In this document: piece after piece, positions 39,337 through 50,400 of the stretch
Layout: every line of letters begins with the position of its first letter
How positions within the stretch are numbered: the first letter of the stretch is position 1
Assembly: GCA_963674825.1 (NCBI GenBank)
Contig: OY771587.1
Span: 3,829,011-3,893,010 of the forward strand
DNA: 64,000 bases
DNA from: Candidatus Cloacimonadales bacterium
Lineage (GTDB): Bacteria > Cloacimonadota > Cloacimonadia > Cloacimonadales > JAIOQZ01
Direction of reading: 5' to 3'
Program-made: the position numbers and the translations under genes
The notes under the pieces: model-generated
Seen by the model: only the letters and a program-made list of their open reading frames with translations
What the model was told of the DNA's origin: nothing
Database searches by the model: none

Positions 39337-40866
39337 ATGAGAAATCGAATCGTACTCATCTTCCTGCTTATTGCATCTGTCTGGCAGCTGTTCGCCAGCT
39401 TGACGCTGTGCCAGCCGCCAGTAGAGAATCGCGCCATTCTGGCCTACTATGGGCTATTGATCGAGGTCGCTGAATCGGAAGGTCGGTTCGATGAAGCTCG
39501 TACTTACACTGAAATCGCCCTCGAACATGCTCCCGATTCCACCGATTTACGCATGAAATTGGCCGAATATTACTACTGGAATGCTGAGTACGAGCGCGCT
39601 TATCAACTATTCAAGCAAGTCTATTTTGAGACCGGAAAGCTCGATGCCTTGCTTCGGATGGGCGATTGTAAAGAGCTCAACGGCAACATCGATAGCGCTG
39701 AGCACATCTATCGAAAGGCCTACCTCGAATACGATGATGCAGCCAGCTTCCAGTCATACTACCATCTTGTGAGAGGCTATCGTTCGACCTACCGCGCAAT
39801 CGACCTGCTGGAATCGCACCTCTCCACCCACGCCGATTCGACAGGATTATGGAGCGAACTCGGGAACCTCTACATCGACGCGAACAAACCCTACGCCGCG
39901 ATCGGAGCATATGAGAAATCGCTTGATTACGATGTTCTGTCGCTACTGACGATTTACAACCTGAAGAATTATTTGCGCAGCAACATCTATACTGCCGTCA
40001 ACTACACTGAAGACCGCACGCCACGCTGGTTTTATCACTACAAACGCGTCTTCCTCTTCATGGATCGACGCCTTACCGATAACTTATACGTGCAAATGAA
40101 CTACCTCTATGATGATGTCGAGCGCAAAAGCAGGCTTGATTACTTGGGCGACGATTCCCGCTACTGGAAGCATTTCCTCGAAGCCGAGCTTTCCATTATT
40201 CCTCGCTACGATCTCATCTTGAGCGGTAGCATACAGATGGATCTGCGGCGTGAGAAATCCTCGGGATGGCACCTTGAGCTGGACTATTCACCCAAACCGC
40301 TGGAAATCGAACTGTCCTACGATGACGCTGTGATCGAATATTGGGAGAATCGTCGGCGTGAACATATGGGACTGGCGGTCACATGGGACGATGGCTTGTG
40401 GGTGTTCGGGAATTCATTCGATGGTTATCGCATGAAGGATGACGAGGTATTCGTGGAAGCCGATCCGATGGACGTTCCTTACGGTCTCGAAATCCAAAAG
40501 CAGGACAATTACGGCTTTTCCGATCGTCTTTCATTCCGTAACCGCGTCTATTTCGAGCCTGACATCTCGGTGGGCGGGTTCTTTACTGCGAAGAGCTATC
40601 GCTACGACTCCCGTTACTACTACAGTCCCGACGAGATCTATTTCTTTGGTGGAATTGCCGCCTTTCACCACGAGGTGGGCAAATACGAGCTGGATATTGA
40701 CTGGGAGATTGGGCTTGATACCGAGCAAGGTCGCTATTCTGCGTTCGATAGCGCGCTGAAGATGAACTTCGAATTCGGCAGCTTCAAGCTCAAATTCGAG
40801 TACCTGCGCGACACGGACAATCGGCAGCTCGGGTTTCATCTTGTGTTCTCGGATTTTAAGCTCTAA
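39337..40866 (+). CDS. TPR-repeat protein with signal peptide and a C-terminal beta-strand-rich (possible outer-membrane barrel) region, hypothetical
   Basis: N-terminal TPR-like helices (AEYYYWNAEYERAYQLFKQVY...). C-terminal alternating strands ending ...LGFHLVFSDFKL. Confidence 0.5.
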   Translation: MRNRIVLIFLLIASVWQLFASLTLCQPPVENRAILAYYGLLIEVAESEGRFDEARTYTEIALEHAPDSTDLRMKLAEYYYWNAEYERAYQLFKQVYFETGKLDALLRMGDCKELNGNIDSAEHIYRKAYLEYDDAASFQSYYHLVRGYRSTYRAIDLLESHLSTHADSTGLWSELGNLYIDANKPYAAIGAYEKSLDYDVLSLLTIYNLKNYLRSNIYTAVNYTEDRTPRWFYHYKRVFLFMDRRLTDNLYVQMNYLYDDVERKSRLDYLGDDSRYWKHFLEAELSIIPRYDLILSGSIQMDLRREKSSGWHLELDYSPKPLEIELSYDDAVIEYWENRRREHMGLAVTWDDGLWVFGNSFDGYRMKDDEVFVEADPMDVPYGLEIQKQDNYGFSDRLSFRNRVYFEPDISVGGFFTAKSYRYDSRYYYSPDEIYFFGGIAAFHHEVGKYELDIDWEIGLDTEQGRYSAFDSALKMNFEFGSFKLKFEYLRDTDNRQLGFHLVFSDFKL

Positions 40867-41143
40867 ACGCAAACTGCACGACCAAGCATTGCGTAGTCAT
40901 TTGACCCTTCGATACACCGCCAGGATTATCTGATCGTTGCCGGCAAGTACGGTGCGTTGGTGCTACTCTGGGGGATATATGATATTATTCAGCCTTCCCC
41001 TAAGGGCATTCTGAGTAGCGAGGAACATAAAAACAATGGATAACCTCAAGCAACGAATCACCAATATCCATTGTTTCTATTGACAAAAAAGATCGCTCTG
41101 CCAGACTACATAAGAACCTATAACGAACCAAAGAAAGGAAATC

Positions 41144-42508
41144 ATGGCACAACATACAGTCCTGGTAGTGGATGACGAACTCGAATCGCTCGATATTTGC
41201 GCACGCGTGCTGAAAGCAAACTACGATGTCATCACAACCGATTCAACCAAAGAAGCGTTTGAACATCTCGAAAACAATCAGATCGACTGCATTGTTAGCG
41301 ACCTCGTCATGCCGAAAGTAAACGGCCTTGAATTTGTGGAACGTCTCCGCGATGCACATCCCGAGATCCCCATCCTGGTTATGAGCGGCAAGGCCACGCT
41401 CAAGATGGCAGTGCAAGCGATGAAATCCGGCGCTATCGAGTTCATCGAGAAACCTATCCTTGATTTGGAAATCCTTCAGGTACAAGTTGATAAAGCAATC
41501 AGTTCGCATGACATCATCGAGGAGAACAAACGGCTTCGGATGAAGCTTTCGGCGAACTTGCTGCGTAGCGATTTCGTGGGTAACAGCCGTGAGATCCAGA
41601 AAATGCTCGAGGTGGTTCACAAGGTCTCAGCGCTCAATTCGACCATCATGCTCGAGGGTGAGACTGGCACCGGTAAGGAAATGATAGCCCGTATGATCCA
41701 CGAAAACAGCAACCGCAGCGAGAAGCCTTTTGTGGCAGTAAACTGCGGCGCTGTCCCAGAAACGCTTCTGGAAAGCCTTCTGTTCGGGCATACCAAGGGT
41801 GCATTCACCGATGCGCACAAGGAATCCAAAGGCTATTTCGAAGAGGCGAACCGCGGAACACTCTTCCTGGATGAAATCGGCGAAACCGAGCCGACGTTTC
41901 AGGTCAAGCTGCTCCGCGTACTTCAGGAAAAGACAATCCGTAGAGTGGGCAGCGACCAGGAAATCGCGGTGGACGTGCGTATTATCGCGGCAACAAACCG
42001 CACGCTTGAAGACGAAGTCAACCGTGGAAGCTTCCGAAAAGATTTGTATTACCGGCTTAACGTGATCAAGATCAAGGTACCGCCGCTACGCGAACGGGAA
42101 GAGGATATCCCGCTTCTGGCCCGGCATTTCCTGCGACTATTCATGAAAGAAAATGGGTTGAGCGGTTATCAACTTACACGTGAGACACTCGAGCTGCTTA
42201 AAAAAGCGCCGTGGGAAGGCAATATCCGCGAATTGCAGAACGTCATCGAGCATTCGGCTGCCCTTTGCGGCAATCAATCCATCACACCCGAGGATTTACC
42301 TGAATACCTCACTGCTGGCAGAAAGCCTCAGACATCACAGGAGTTCTCGGATAATTACGAAGAGGCCAAGACCGAGTTCGAATTCATCTACTTCCAGAAA
42401 CTGCTTGCGATGGCCAATAGCAGCGTAACTGAAGCTGCGCGTATCTCCGGCCTGAGTAGGCAACACATCTACCTTAAGATGAAACAACTGGGACTGGAGA
42501 ATAGTTAG
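41144..42508 (+). CDS. Sigma-54-dependent response regulator (NtrC family: REC, AAA+ sigma54-activator, Fis-type HTH)
   Basis: REC VLVVDDELESL...IVSDLVMPKVNGLEFV. Walker A GETGTGKE. ESLLFGH (GAFTGA-type motif). C-terminal HTH. Confidence 0.85.
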   Translation: MAQHTVLVVDDELESLDICARVLKANYDVITTDSTKEAFEHLENNQIDCIVSDLVMPKVNGLEFVERLRDAHPEIPILVMSGKATLKMAVQAMKSGAIEFIEKPILDLEILQVQVDKAISSHDIIEENKRLRMKLSANLLRSDFVGNSREIQKMLEVVHKVSALNSTIMLEGETGTGKEMIARMIHENSNRSEKPFVAVNCGAVPETLLESLLFGHTKGAFTDAHKESKGYFEEANRGTLFLDEIGETEPTFQVKLLRVLQEKTIRRVGSDQEIAVDVRIIAATNRTLEDEVNRGSFRKDLYYRLNVIKIKVPPLREREEDIPLLARHFLRLFMKENGLSGYQLTRETLELLKKAPWEGNIRELQNVIEHSAALCGNQSITPEDLPEYLTAGRKPQTSQEFSDNYEEAKTEFEFIYFQKLLAMANSSVTEAARISGLSRQHIYLKMKQLGLENS

Positions 42509-42509
42509 G

Positions 42510-43247
42510 CTACCCAGCCTTCACCCGGATATGCAGCATCTTGCTGGGATCCATGCCATGCTTTTCAATTGTCCGGCAGTCCAGCTCGTATAGCGATACA
42601 AAAATATCCTGCCAGTCTTGCGGCCAGTTCGCTTTGATTTTCTCGATGATTCCCTGGTTTCGTTCTATGTTTTTTAAAGCAGTTCTTGTATAATCGTCGT
42701 CGGTGATTTCCAGCCTGAATTCTTCCTGCAGCACCACTTCACCTGAAATAACTGCTGCAAGATCCACAGCTTCTTCAAGCGTGAAGTGATGGCGATGATA
42801 ATTGCCGCGTAGCGCACTCGTCGCTTCACTGATAAGAGACGATAACGACCGTGAATATCCTCGCCACGAATCTCGATCGAAGCAGTGATCGTACAAGTCG
42901 AGATAACCACCAGGGGTAATCATACTACCGATCGTGCGAAGCTCATTTACGGGGTACTGGAAATGATGCAAGGCATGTGTCGATATCACGAGGTCAAAAC
43001 GGCGCGAGTTTATCAAATCCCGAAAATCATCGCAATCGCGATCGATTTTCGTGAAAACAGTTTCCTCTTCCCCTCCGCCAAACTTTGAGAAATAGTCGAT
43101 ACCGTATAGCTCCAGCCCAGGTATATGTTCGTTCAGGTAGGAGAGCAATTCTCCATCTCCACAGCCATAATCGCATATCGTCCTGAGCTTTTTATTACCT
43201 GCCAGGTCCAGAATCTTGTCATACAATTGTTTTGTTCTGCTCTTCAT
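42510..43247 (-). CDS. Class I SAM-dependent methyltransferase
   Basis: Motif I ICDYGCGDGELL...LELYGIDY. Confidence 0.65.
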   Translation of the reverse strand: MKSRTKQLYDKILDLAGNKKLRTICDYGCGDGELLSYLNEHIPGLELYGIDYFSKFGGGEEETVFTKIDRDCDDFRDLINSRRFDLVISTHALHHFQYPVNELRTIGSMITPGGYLDLYDHCFDRDSWRGYSRSLSSLISEATSALRGNYHRHHFTLEEAVDLAAVISGEVVLQEEFRLEITDDDYTRTALKNIERNQGIIEKIKANWPQDWQDIFVSLYELDCRTIEKHGMDPSKMLHIRVKAG

Positions 43248-43655
43248 TCATTCTCCTAATGTTTCCGGATTTTCAACCATCACTCATCTGCCTGGAAATT
43301 GACAAGAGATTTCTCCATAAAGAAGTAATCGGCAGCCGGAAACCGACCGCCGATGTACTGTGCGTCAAGTTGTACTATTAGAAACAAGACGTGCGCTCAA
43401 GAAACGTTGTCGTTTCATAACAAACGCATAGGGGTTTTAAGCAATAATAATTCCAAATCTTTAACTATCGTGCATCCCATTGCCTTTCAGTGCGTTATCG
43501 AATAAATTTTCGATAACCGGGAAAACGGTTGTAAACTCATATTGGCTATTTCGGTCACAATGCTCTGTCAAATTGAATGATACATTTGTTAGCGGTTGAC
43601 GTTCCTTTGGATTTTCCTGTTTGTCTGAAAGCGAGCATCAAGTCTTCGGGATTGC

Positions 43656-43692
43656 GTAGAAAAAGCGTCCGGAAAACTTCCGAACGCTTTCC
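43656..43692 (-). terminator. Rho-independent terminator (minus strand) after the GLUG-repeat gene
   Basis: Minus strand: AAGCGTTCGGAAG-tttt-CCGGACGCTT then TTTTCT. Confidence 0.45.
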
Positions 43693-43705
43693 CAAAGCAT
43701 CTCAT

Positions 43706-45394
43706 TTATGGTTGATCGCTCACTACCACCTTGAAGAACTTCATGGATTCGTTGGTATCGATATCCATGCTCAGCTCTTGCGTCGTGCCAAGAAGTGAAG
43801 AAACATTACATTCAAAATCAGGTGAATCACCCGCGTAAACCCGGTAAAACAAACCGTTCTGCTCCGGATAGGAGTTGCCATTATATTCACCCTCCGTTAC
43901 TTCGCTCCAATAAAGAGTGCAGTTTTCAGTACGACCACCGACAGTCAGCGTAACATCGGAGGTAGCATAGGGCGCGATGTTATCTACTGAATATCCAGAC
44001 ACGTCCTCAGACATGTAGATGCCGGTGTCGTGATGGAAACAGACCATATACGTGGAAGAATATTCTTCCTCATTCATGGTAGCACAAGAATCGACGAGCG
44101 TAGGTACGATAACCGAATACTGATCGAACATCATGGCTGGAACCATTGTCAGGAATGTCCAGTAATCATCTCGCTGATGCAGGATCAACCCTGTGTAATC
44201 GTCAATCTCAGAAGATAACCCATCGATCACACTGTTCGTGTTAACCGATCTGGTATCTTCCACAAGACGCCATACAGAATAGAAATAGTCGAGAGAATAG
44301 CCAGCTTCATTTTCTGATGCGAGCCACACCAGCTCAACTTGGTGTCCCTGGTCACCCGGGATATCTCTTACTGTTGAAAGTACAGGGGATTGTAACGATT
44401 CGAAGAAGTGGGGATAGCTGTTGGGATTAATAGCCCAGATATCTTCTACTCCATTCGCTATCTCGCCCGCAAAATCCCAGTTCGCACTGGTATAAGTCGA
44501 TTTTGTTTGCATCTCTGCAGTGGTCTTTCCTACTCCGCCAGCGGATGTAGATTGTCCTGATGTCTCGACATCCCAGAACGAATCTGTAACAGTACCCGAT
44601 TGTTTGTAACCGATCGCTCCACCCGAATTCGTTGTAACGGTTACACTGCCGGCGCTGTAGCAGCGCTGCACGTCCCCGATCAATAAGCCAATCAACCCAC
44701 CAATGTTCGGGTCGCTTCCTGTGGTTGTTACATCTGAAATACTGTAACAATCAGTCAGTGCTATACTGCTGGAATAAGATCCGATCAATCCGCCAATTTG
44801 CACTGTACCTTCCACTGTACCGCTACTGAAACACCTCGAAACAGAAGTCGAGCCAGATACTTCTCCCATCAACCCCCCAATTGAGTTGATTCCAGTTACC
44901 GATCCCTGGCTTGAACACCCTATCACATCACTGCTTTCACAGTAACCCGCCAATCCTCCGATAAAACCTCCGCCAATGATGCTGACATCTGTCAATGTAA
45001 CATTGCTGATCTCCGCTCCACTCATGAAGCCAAAAAGGCTTTGGAAAATACCTCCTGACCGGTTAATCGTCAGACCATCAATCGAATAACCATTCCCATC
45101 ATATGATCCGGTAAAGGGTGTATCGTAATCCGAAAGAGACATAAAGCCTTCTCCACTGTTCCAGCTTGCTGTGCTCGATGCATCAATATCGGTTATTTGG
45201 ATGAAGTACGAATCAGGGTAATCGATAATGCTCTGCAACTCGTCAACATCGCTTACTTGAAAAGGATCTTGTGAAGTGCCTGTACCGCCGGAAAAGGCAA
45301 AGAGATAGCAGTTCATCGCCGTAATCATAAGCAAAATTGTGAACAAGGCTCTCATGTGTTCCTCCATACAACTTGATAGAATAAGCAAATGCAA
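43706..45394 (-). CDS. Secreted GLUG-motif repeat protein, hypothetical surface/adhesin-like
   Basis: Signal peptide MRALFTILLMITAMNCYLFA. Repeated GGLIG/GGLMG/GGLAG GLUG-type units. Confidence 0.6.
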   Translation of the reverse strand: MHLLILSSCMEEHMRALFTILLMITAMNCYLFAFSGGTGTSQDPFQVSDVDELQSIIDYPDSYFIQITDIDASSTASWNSGEGFMSLSDYDTPFTGSYDGNGYSIDGLTINRSGGIFQSLFGFMSGAEISNVTLTDVSIIGGGFIGGLAGYCESSDVIGCSSQGSVTGINSIGGLMGEVSGSTSVSRCFSSGTVEGTVQIGGLIGSYSSSIALTDCYSISDVTTTGSDPNIGGLIGLLIGDVQRCYSAGSVTVTTNSGGAIGYKQSGTVTDSFWDVETSGQSTSAGGVGKTTAEMQTKSTYTSANWDFAGEIANGVEDIWAINPNSYPHFFESLQSPVLSTVRDIPGDQGHQVELVWLASENEAGYSLDYFYSVWRLVEDTRSVNTNSVIDGLSSEIDDYTGLILHQRDDYWTFLTMVPAMMFDQYSVIVPTLVDSCATMNEEEYSSTYMVCFHHDTGIYMSEDVSGYSVDNIAPYATSDVTLTVGGRTENCTLYWSEVTEGEYNGNSYPEQNGLFYRVYAGDSPDFECNVSSLLGTTQELSMDIDTNESMKFFKVVVSDQP

Positions 45395-45420
45395 TGTCTC
45401 CTTGCAAGTTACGTCAAGAC

Positions 45421-45457
45421 AAAAAAAATAGCGCTCAGAATATTTTCCTGAGCGCTA
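45421..45457 (-). terminator. Rho-independent terminator (minus strand) ending the 45737..47284 transcript, after the repeat element
   Basis: Minus strand: TAGCGCTCAGGAAAATATTCTGAGCGCTA then T8. Confidence 0.55.
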
Positions 45458-45467
45458 CAAGGTTAAC

Positions 45468-45740
45468 CTTTTCGTTTTTACTACGTAAAAGCCGACATCC
45501 ACTCTCGCTATTTCGCTACGCGAAAGGAGATTGTCGAAAATATCTCCGCTAACATGAATTCGCTGCGCAAATTCACAACGCTCATGTTTTCGTTCTCACT
45601 TCGCGAGAACCGAAAAAGGCTTTCGTTCGACCTTTTCGTTTTTACTAAGTAAAAGCCGACATCCACTCTCGCTATTTCGCTACGCGAAAGGCTTTCGTTC
45701 GACCTTTTCGTTTTTACTACGTAAAAGCCGAAAATGCTAT
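45468..45740. repeat. Hairpin-rich repeat element (left copy, ~270 bp, with an internal tandem ~73-bp unit); inverted copy at 55558..55753
   Basis: Unit CCTTTTCGTTTTTACTACGTAAAAGCCGACATCCACTCTCGCTATTTCGCTACGCGAAAGG occurs twice plus a partial third. The middle segment is shared with the right copy. Contains hairpin CTTTTAC-tac-GTAAAAG and palindrome CGAAAGGCTTTCG. Begins directly at the stop codon of the minus-strand ...MLLK gene. Confidence 0.8.
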
Positions 45741-47284
45741 TTGAGCAACATTACTTTGCGGGTTTCTTCCACGCCAGCCGCATTCATGCGAATGAAATAG
45801 ATGCCCGAAGGTAAATTCTGAGCATCCCAGCTGAGCGTGTTTTCACCCTGTTTCCCGGTTTTTGTCATCTGCCCCACGATGCGTCCTTTGAGATCGTACA
45901 TGGTGAAATGAGCCACGCCATCCTGTTCGAGCGAATAGCTGATCGTTGTAACAGGATTGAACGGATTTGGAAATGCACCGGCTAACGTGGTCGAATAGAC
46001 GGCATCCGGTGTATCACCTGGATCTTCTTCGCCGGGCTCGGTAACCGTTACGCTTACAGGCCCGTAGAATTGGTTCTGCCCATCCAGTTCCACGCTTTCC
46101 AGCCAGTAATGATAGGTCGTTCCGTATTCAGTATCCAGATCGGTAAATGTATAGGTTGTCTGTGTCGTGCTGTTCGAAGCGATGATCTGACCATCGTTGA
46201 CCTGAATTGCTCCACCCAGTTCTATTTCATCGTTGCGAAATACATTATACCCTGCAAGGTCCGTTTCCGATTCCACGACCCAACTGATTTCGACAACCTG
46301 GTCCTGTGTGACAATCGCTGTGAACGATGTCAGCTCCACTGGAAGAGTCGGATCGTCCGGATTGTTGATGTTCACCTGATAAGGCCCACGTGAAGCGCTT
46401 CCAATAACGCGAAGCCAATTCCAGCGTTTATCCTCTTCTGATGAGATGTAGTCTGCATACATCGTCCCCGATGTATAACCAAAGACACCACCTATTTGGG
46501 CAGAAGATGAGTCATATAACTCGAGATCAACCTGACCGCTCAGTAGATTCACCCAGATATGGTTTCCGCCGATAACCTGAAATCGATACCAGTCCTCTTC
46601 ATCGGCATTGGCAGTCCCGCTAATCGTTACCGAATGTACACCCGGCATGATGACATCGGCAGTCTCCTGCGTGCTGTTGAAACCGGACTCTTCCTGAGTG
46701 TCCGAGGGATAGGTCAGGATAACTGAAGCGTCGTCGAACGACGCGCCATACTGACCGGCCCAGCCATTTGTGTCCTTACCTCCTGTCGAGAAGGTGATAT
46801 ACCTTGCTCCGGCACCTGTAAGCTCGATTGTCCCTGACGCTTCAATCCATTCAGTATTGATCGGAATCGTTCCCAGGCTTGATTCCGAGAAGATATTGTC
46901 GGAGGCAATAACCTCTGTAGAACTATCAAGGATGTTCACCCGTGCGTAATACAGCGTATTGTTGTAGCCATTTCCTCTGACCATCACACGCCAGTTCACG
47001 ATCAGGTTTCCACCGTCCAATTCACTTACTGAAAATCCGGTTGAGATAAGGCTGATTGTTTGTTCGACCTTGCACAACGCATACGATGACGATATATGAT
47101 AGGATCCCACATAACCAGGGCTTCCAACGCCCCATCCAGATCCTCCATTGGTCACTGTCCACCCAGCGAAATGAGATGAGTTTTCGAAGCCAGAATTCGC
47201 AAGAAGATTAATTCCAAATGGTCCCGCAAACAGCGGCATCGCAGCGGCAAGCAAGATGATAATCGGCAATACACTCTTTTTCAT
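45737..47284 (-). CDS. Secreted T9SS cargo protein with FN3-like domain and C-terminal sorting domain, hypothetical
   Basis: Signal peptide MKKSVLPIIILLAAAMPLFA. CTD FPNPFNPVTTISYSL...MYDLKGRIV...GIYFIRM...RKVMLLK. Confidence 0.75.
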   Translation of the reverse strand: MKKSVLPIIILLAAAMPLFAGPFGINLLANSGFENSSHFAGWTVTNGGSGWGVGSPGYVGSYHISSSYALCKVEQTISLISTGFSVSELDGGNLIVNWRVMVRGNGYNNTLYYARVNILDSSTEVIASDNIFSESSLGTIPINTEWIEASGTIELTGAGARYITFSTGGKDTNGWAGQYGASFDDASVILTYPSDTQEESGFNSTQETADVIMPGVHSVTISGTANADEEDWYRFQVIGGNHIWVNLLSGQVDLELYDSSSAQIGGVFGYTSGTMYADYISSEEDKRWNWLRVIGSASRGPYQVNINNPDDPTLPVELTSFTAIVTQDQVVEISWVVESETDLAGYNVFRNDEIELGGAIQVNDGQIIASNSTTQTTYTFTDLDTEYGTTYHYWLESVELDGQNQFYGPVSVTVTEPGEEDPGDTPDAVYSTTLAGAFPNPFNPVTTISYSLEQDGVAHFTMYDLKGRIVGQMTKTGKQGENTLSWDAQNLPSGIYFIRMNAAGVEETRKVMLLK

Positions 47285-47423
47285 AGCGCTTCCTCCTTAT
47301 TTTGATTCAGCAATAGACAAAATAACCGAAACGCTACTTCTGCGACGTAATTTTATGATTAATAATCCGCTATTAATCGCCTTTTCAAGAGCGAATGAGC
47401 ATTTCTAAACACATGATCACCAC

Positions 47424-47458
47424 AAAGAAAAAGCCACCATCGAATTGGATGGTGGCTT
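47424..47458 (-). terminator. Rho-independent terminator (minus strand) after the 47478..50786 gene
   Basis: Minus strand: AGCCACCATCCAATTCGATGGTGGCT then TTTTCTTT. Confidence 0.55.
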
Positions 47459-47477
47459 GCGCGAACAGATAAGCTTT

Positions 47478-50400
47478 CTATTTTAAAAGCATAACCTTAC
47501 GAACTTCTTGCATTCCCATTGCCGTCATTCGGATGAAATAGACTCCAGTGGCCATATCATCAGCATTCCAGCTCAACGAATTGCTTCCTTTGCAGCCGTT
47601 TTGCTTGATCTGATCCACTTTACGCCCCTTGAGATCGAACATCTCGAATGTCACGAGCTCATCCTGCTTCAGGCTATATTCGATTGTCGTGACCGGATTG
47701 AATGGATTGGGATACGTACCGACAAATTCGGTAGCCCAAGTCGCATCAGGCGTCTCATCAGGATCCTCTTCACCATTCAGTGTAACCCTGATCGGTCCGA
47801 AGAAATTCGAGGTTGCATCGTAGTCGATCGACTCAAGCCAGTACCACAAAGTCTCCTGACCCTCGACCTCAAGATCGGTCCATTCGTATTCATAAGTGCT
47901 TGTGGCACCGGTAGCGCTGATCAGTTCAGGAGTCATGTTGAAAGCCTCTGCCAATAACTCATTTTCCGAGCGCAAGATGCGATACCCAAGAACGCCACAT
48001 TCAGACTGCGTAATCCAGTTCAACGTCACAAGTCCATCCGTCGTGAAAGCCCCGGTGAAGCTGCTTAACTGAATAGGAAGCGTTGTTTCCGGTCCAGTCA
48101 AAATCACATCCGAGAAGCTCGAGAATCTACCTTCGATCCAATTTTCGTCGGTATTACGTCCCGTAATGGTGACTGCATCCCATGCTTGTCCGCTGTTATC
48201 TGTCTTCAGTATCTTCAGCAATGCCTCATCTGCAGCCAGCGGTCCGAGATCGGAATCGCTGTAATACAGCCGCACCTTTGCCTGCCATGATGAACCGCCC
48301 GTTGCATCGAACATCCAGTATCGATTGACGATCGTTTCGGATTCGTCGATTGTTGGATACTGATAACCTGCAACGTAATCAAGATTCAAGCTCTCCGGGA
48401 GATCACCCGATTCCCAATTCACGCTTGCTACAGTGCTTCCATATGTTGAAAATGTCTGCGCTCCGCCACCGGCTGGTGGAGTCAGCGGCGAAGGCAAGGT
48501 AGCGGTAACCGGTGCTGTATTTGTCCGGAAATGCTGGACAACGGAGAACGCTGATCTCAGATCTGCCGGGTCAGCGCTTCGTACCTGCCAATAGTAATCC
48601 GTTGCATCATCAAGTGATTCGCTGAACTGGTAAAGATTCTGACCGGGATTTGTCCATTCCCCGAGGATCACATTGTTCATGCCGGAGTCCGTCGCGATGC
48701 GGATTCGATACTTAATATCGGTAACGGAATCGTCGGGATCTGTCGCATAACTCCAGGCAAAGACAGGATTCAGCGTTGTCACTTCTACACCCTGCGATGG
48801 TGAAAACGTACCCGCAGGAATTTCCGGAGGTTGATTTGTGCTATCCCAGACAAAGTAGTTTGTTCCATCGGTGTAATTTCCTGTACCGTAATCGGTAATT
48901 GCCATAACGCGCCAGTAATACGTATTTCCATCAACGAGCGATTCATAGCCAGTCAGCCCTGAAATCCCCTGTGAATAGGAGTACTCCCGTGATTGGACAC
49001 AATCGATTTCGGGTGATGCAAAAGTAGGATCGTCATCGACTTGAATATTGAACAAGAAACCATCGAATGAGCTTCCCTGTGATATCGTCCACACAAGTTC
49101 GGTAGCGCTGTTGGCAAACGTTCCGTTTTCCGGGAGGGTCGCGACGTAGTCGGTAATGATCCATGGCGTATTGGGAGCGATCGCAATGAAGGGATATGTA
49201 TTCCCTCCGGCAGAAGCACCATTCACCGGGATCGATGCCATAATTGCATTTCCGATGGTCGCATTCGATGAAATATCCGCGGTCACCCAGAGATATCTCG
49301 TTGCACCTCCGCCAATTGCTGAGTCGAGTGTGTATGTGAGTGTAGAAGCGGGATCTTGTGAGTCAAGAAGCGTTGCACCCGGAAGAGAATTTGTGGTGTT
49401 TGTGTAAAGCTTGATCGACGTAACATCTGCCATATCGGTGCATGTAAGATTGACTGTCAAACCAGTTAGATACTGGGTAATGTATTCCTGATTTTTCACA
49501 TTGAATTTTATAAGAGGAACGCACGTTTCTCCGGGGAGCAGAGCGTCTCTATCCAGACCCGGTGATCCAGAAAAACTACAGGCGCTGCTTGTCACATGGA
49601 CGATACTAGGTCTTGTCATCGTGTAGGGATTTCCGTCGAGACCCGTGATATTCATTGTCACAGAATACCATCCGGGGCTTGAATATGTGTGTGTTACCAT
49701 TCCTCCGGTGCCTGTCGTCCCGTCTCCGAAGTCCCAGCTTGCGCTGTACGGTGTTCCAGCAGCCTGAAAATGTATTGGCTGGTTGACATAGGCTTCATTC
49801 GTGTCAACAGAGAAACCATACTGTGGCATGCGACCTTTATATGAGAAATTGTCCACCATGTTCGCACGAACATCGTACCAGCTACTTTCAGATTCTTTGA
49901 TGGCAATATAGACATCCTGACCTGCCCAGGGTGAGAGATCGTACGATTCGTATCGCCAGTGCGCTAATGTGGTTGCTGGTTCCTCAACTCCGCTTCGTGC
50001 ATATTTGAATGTATCGATCAGTGTGGTGAACGATAGCGTATCATTGTCTGTAGTCGATAGACGAATCTCGATATATTCTCTGAAGTTTCTGTACGCGTTC
50101 CCATACCAGAATGAAATTGTGTCACCCACTTGAACGTTTTCTAATTGTGGAGATATCAACCATTGAGAAGTCCAATTATACCTGCTTATGGTGGTGTATG
50201 TGCAATAGGCAGAATAATCCCCCATATCCACACCAGCAGGAAAATTCCAGTCACCACCCATCCAACCTTCAAAAGCTGGGCTCATATAATGTGAAACCTT
50301 CCCCCATAGGATGTTGTTAACTTTCGTTGCGAGGATCCACCCCTTTGGTGGCCATGTCCATTCGAATCCCTCTGTCAACTGAGCCTTCGTATTGAGTGTC

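Noticed and set aside
45468-45740. Possible CRISPR array (tandem ~73-bp units)
   Set aside because: Only 2.5 units, with no regular unique spacers. An inverted copy exists 10 kb away, and there are no cas genes. It is better explained as a REP/MITE-like repeat.
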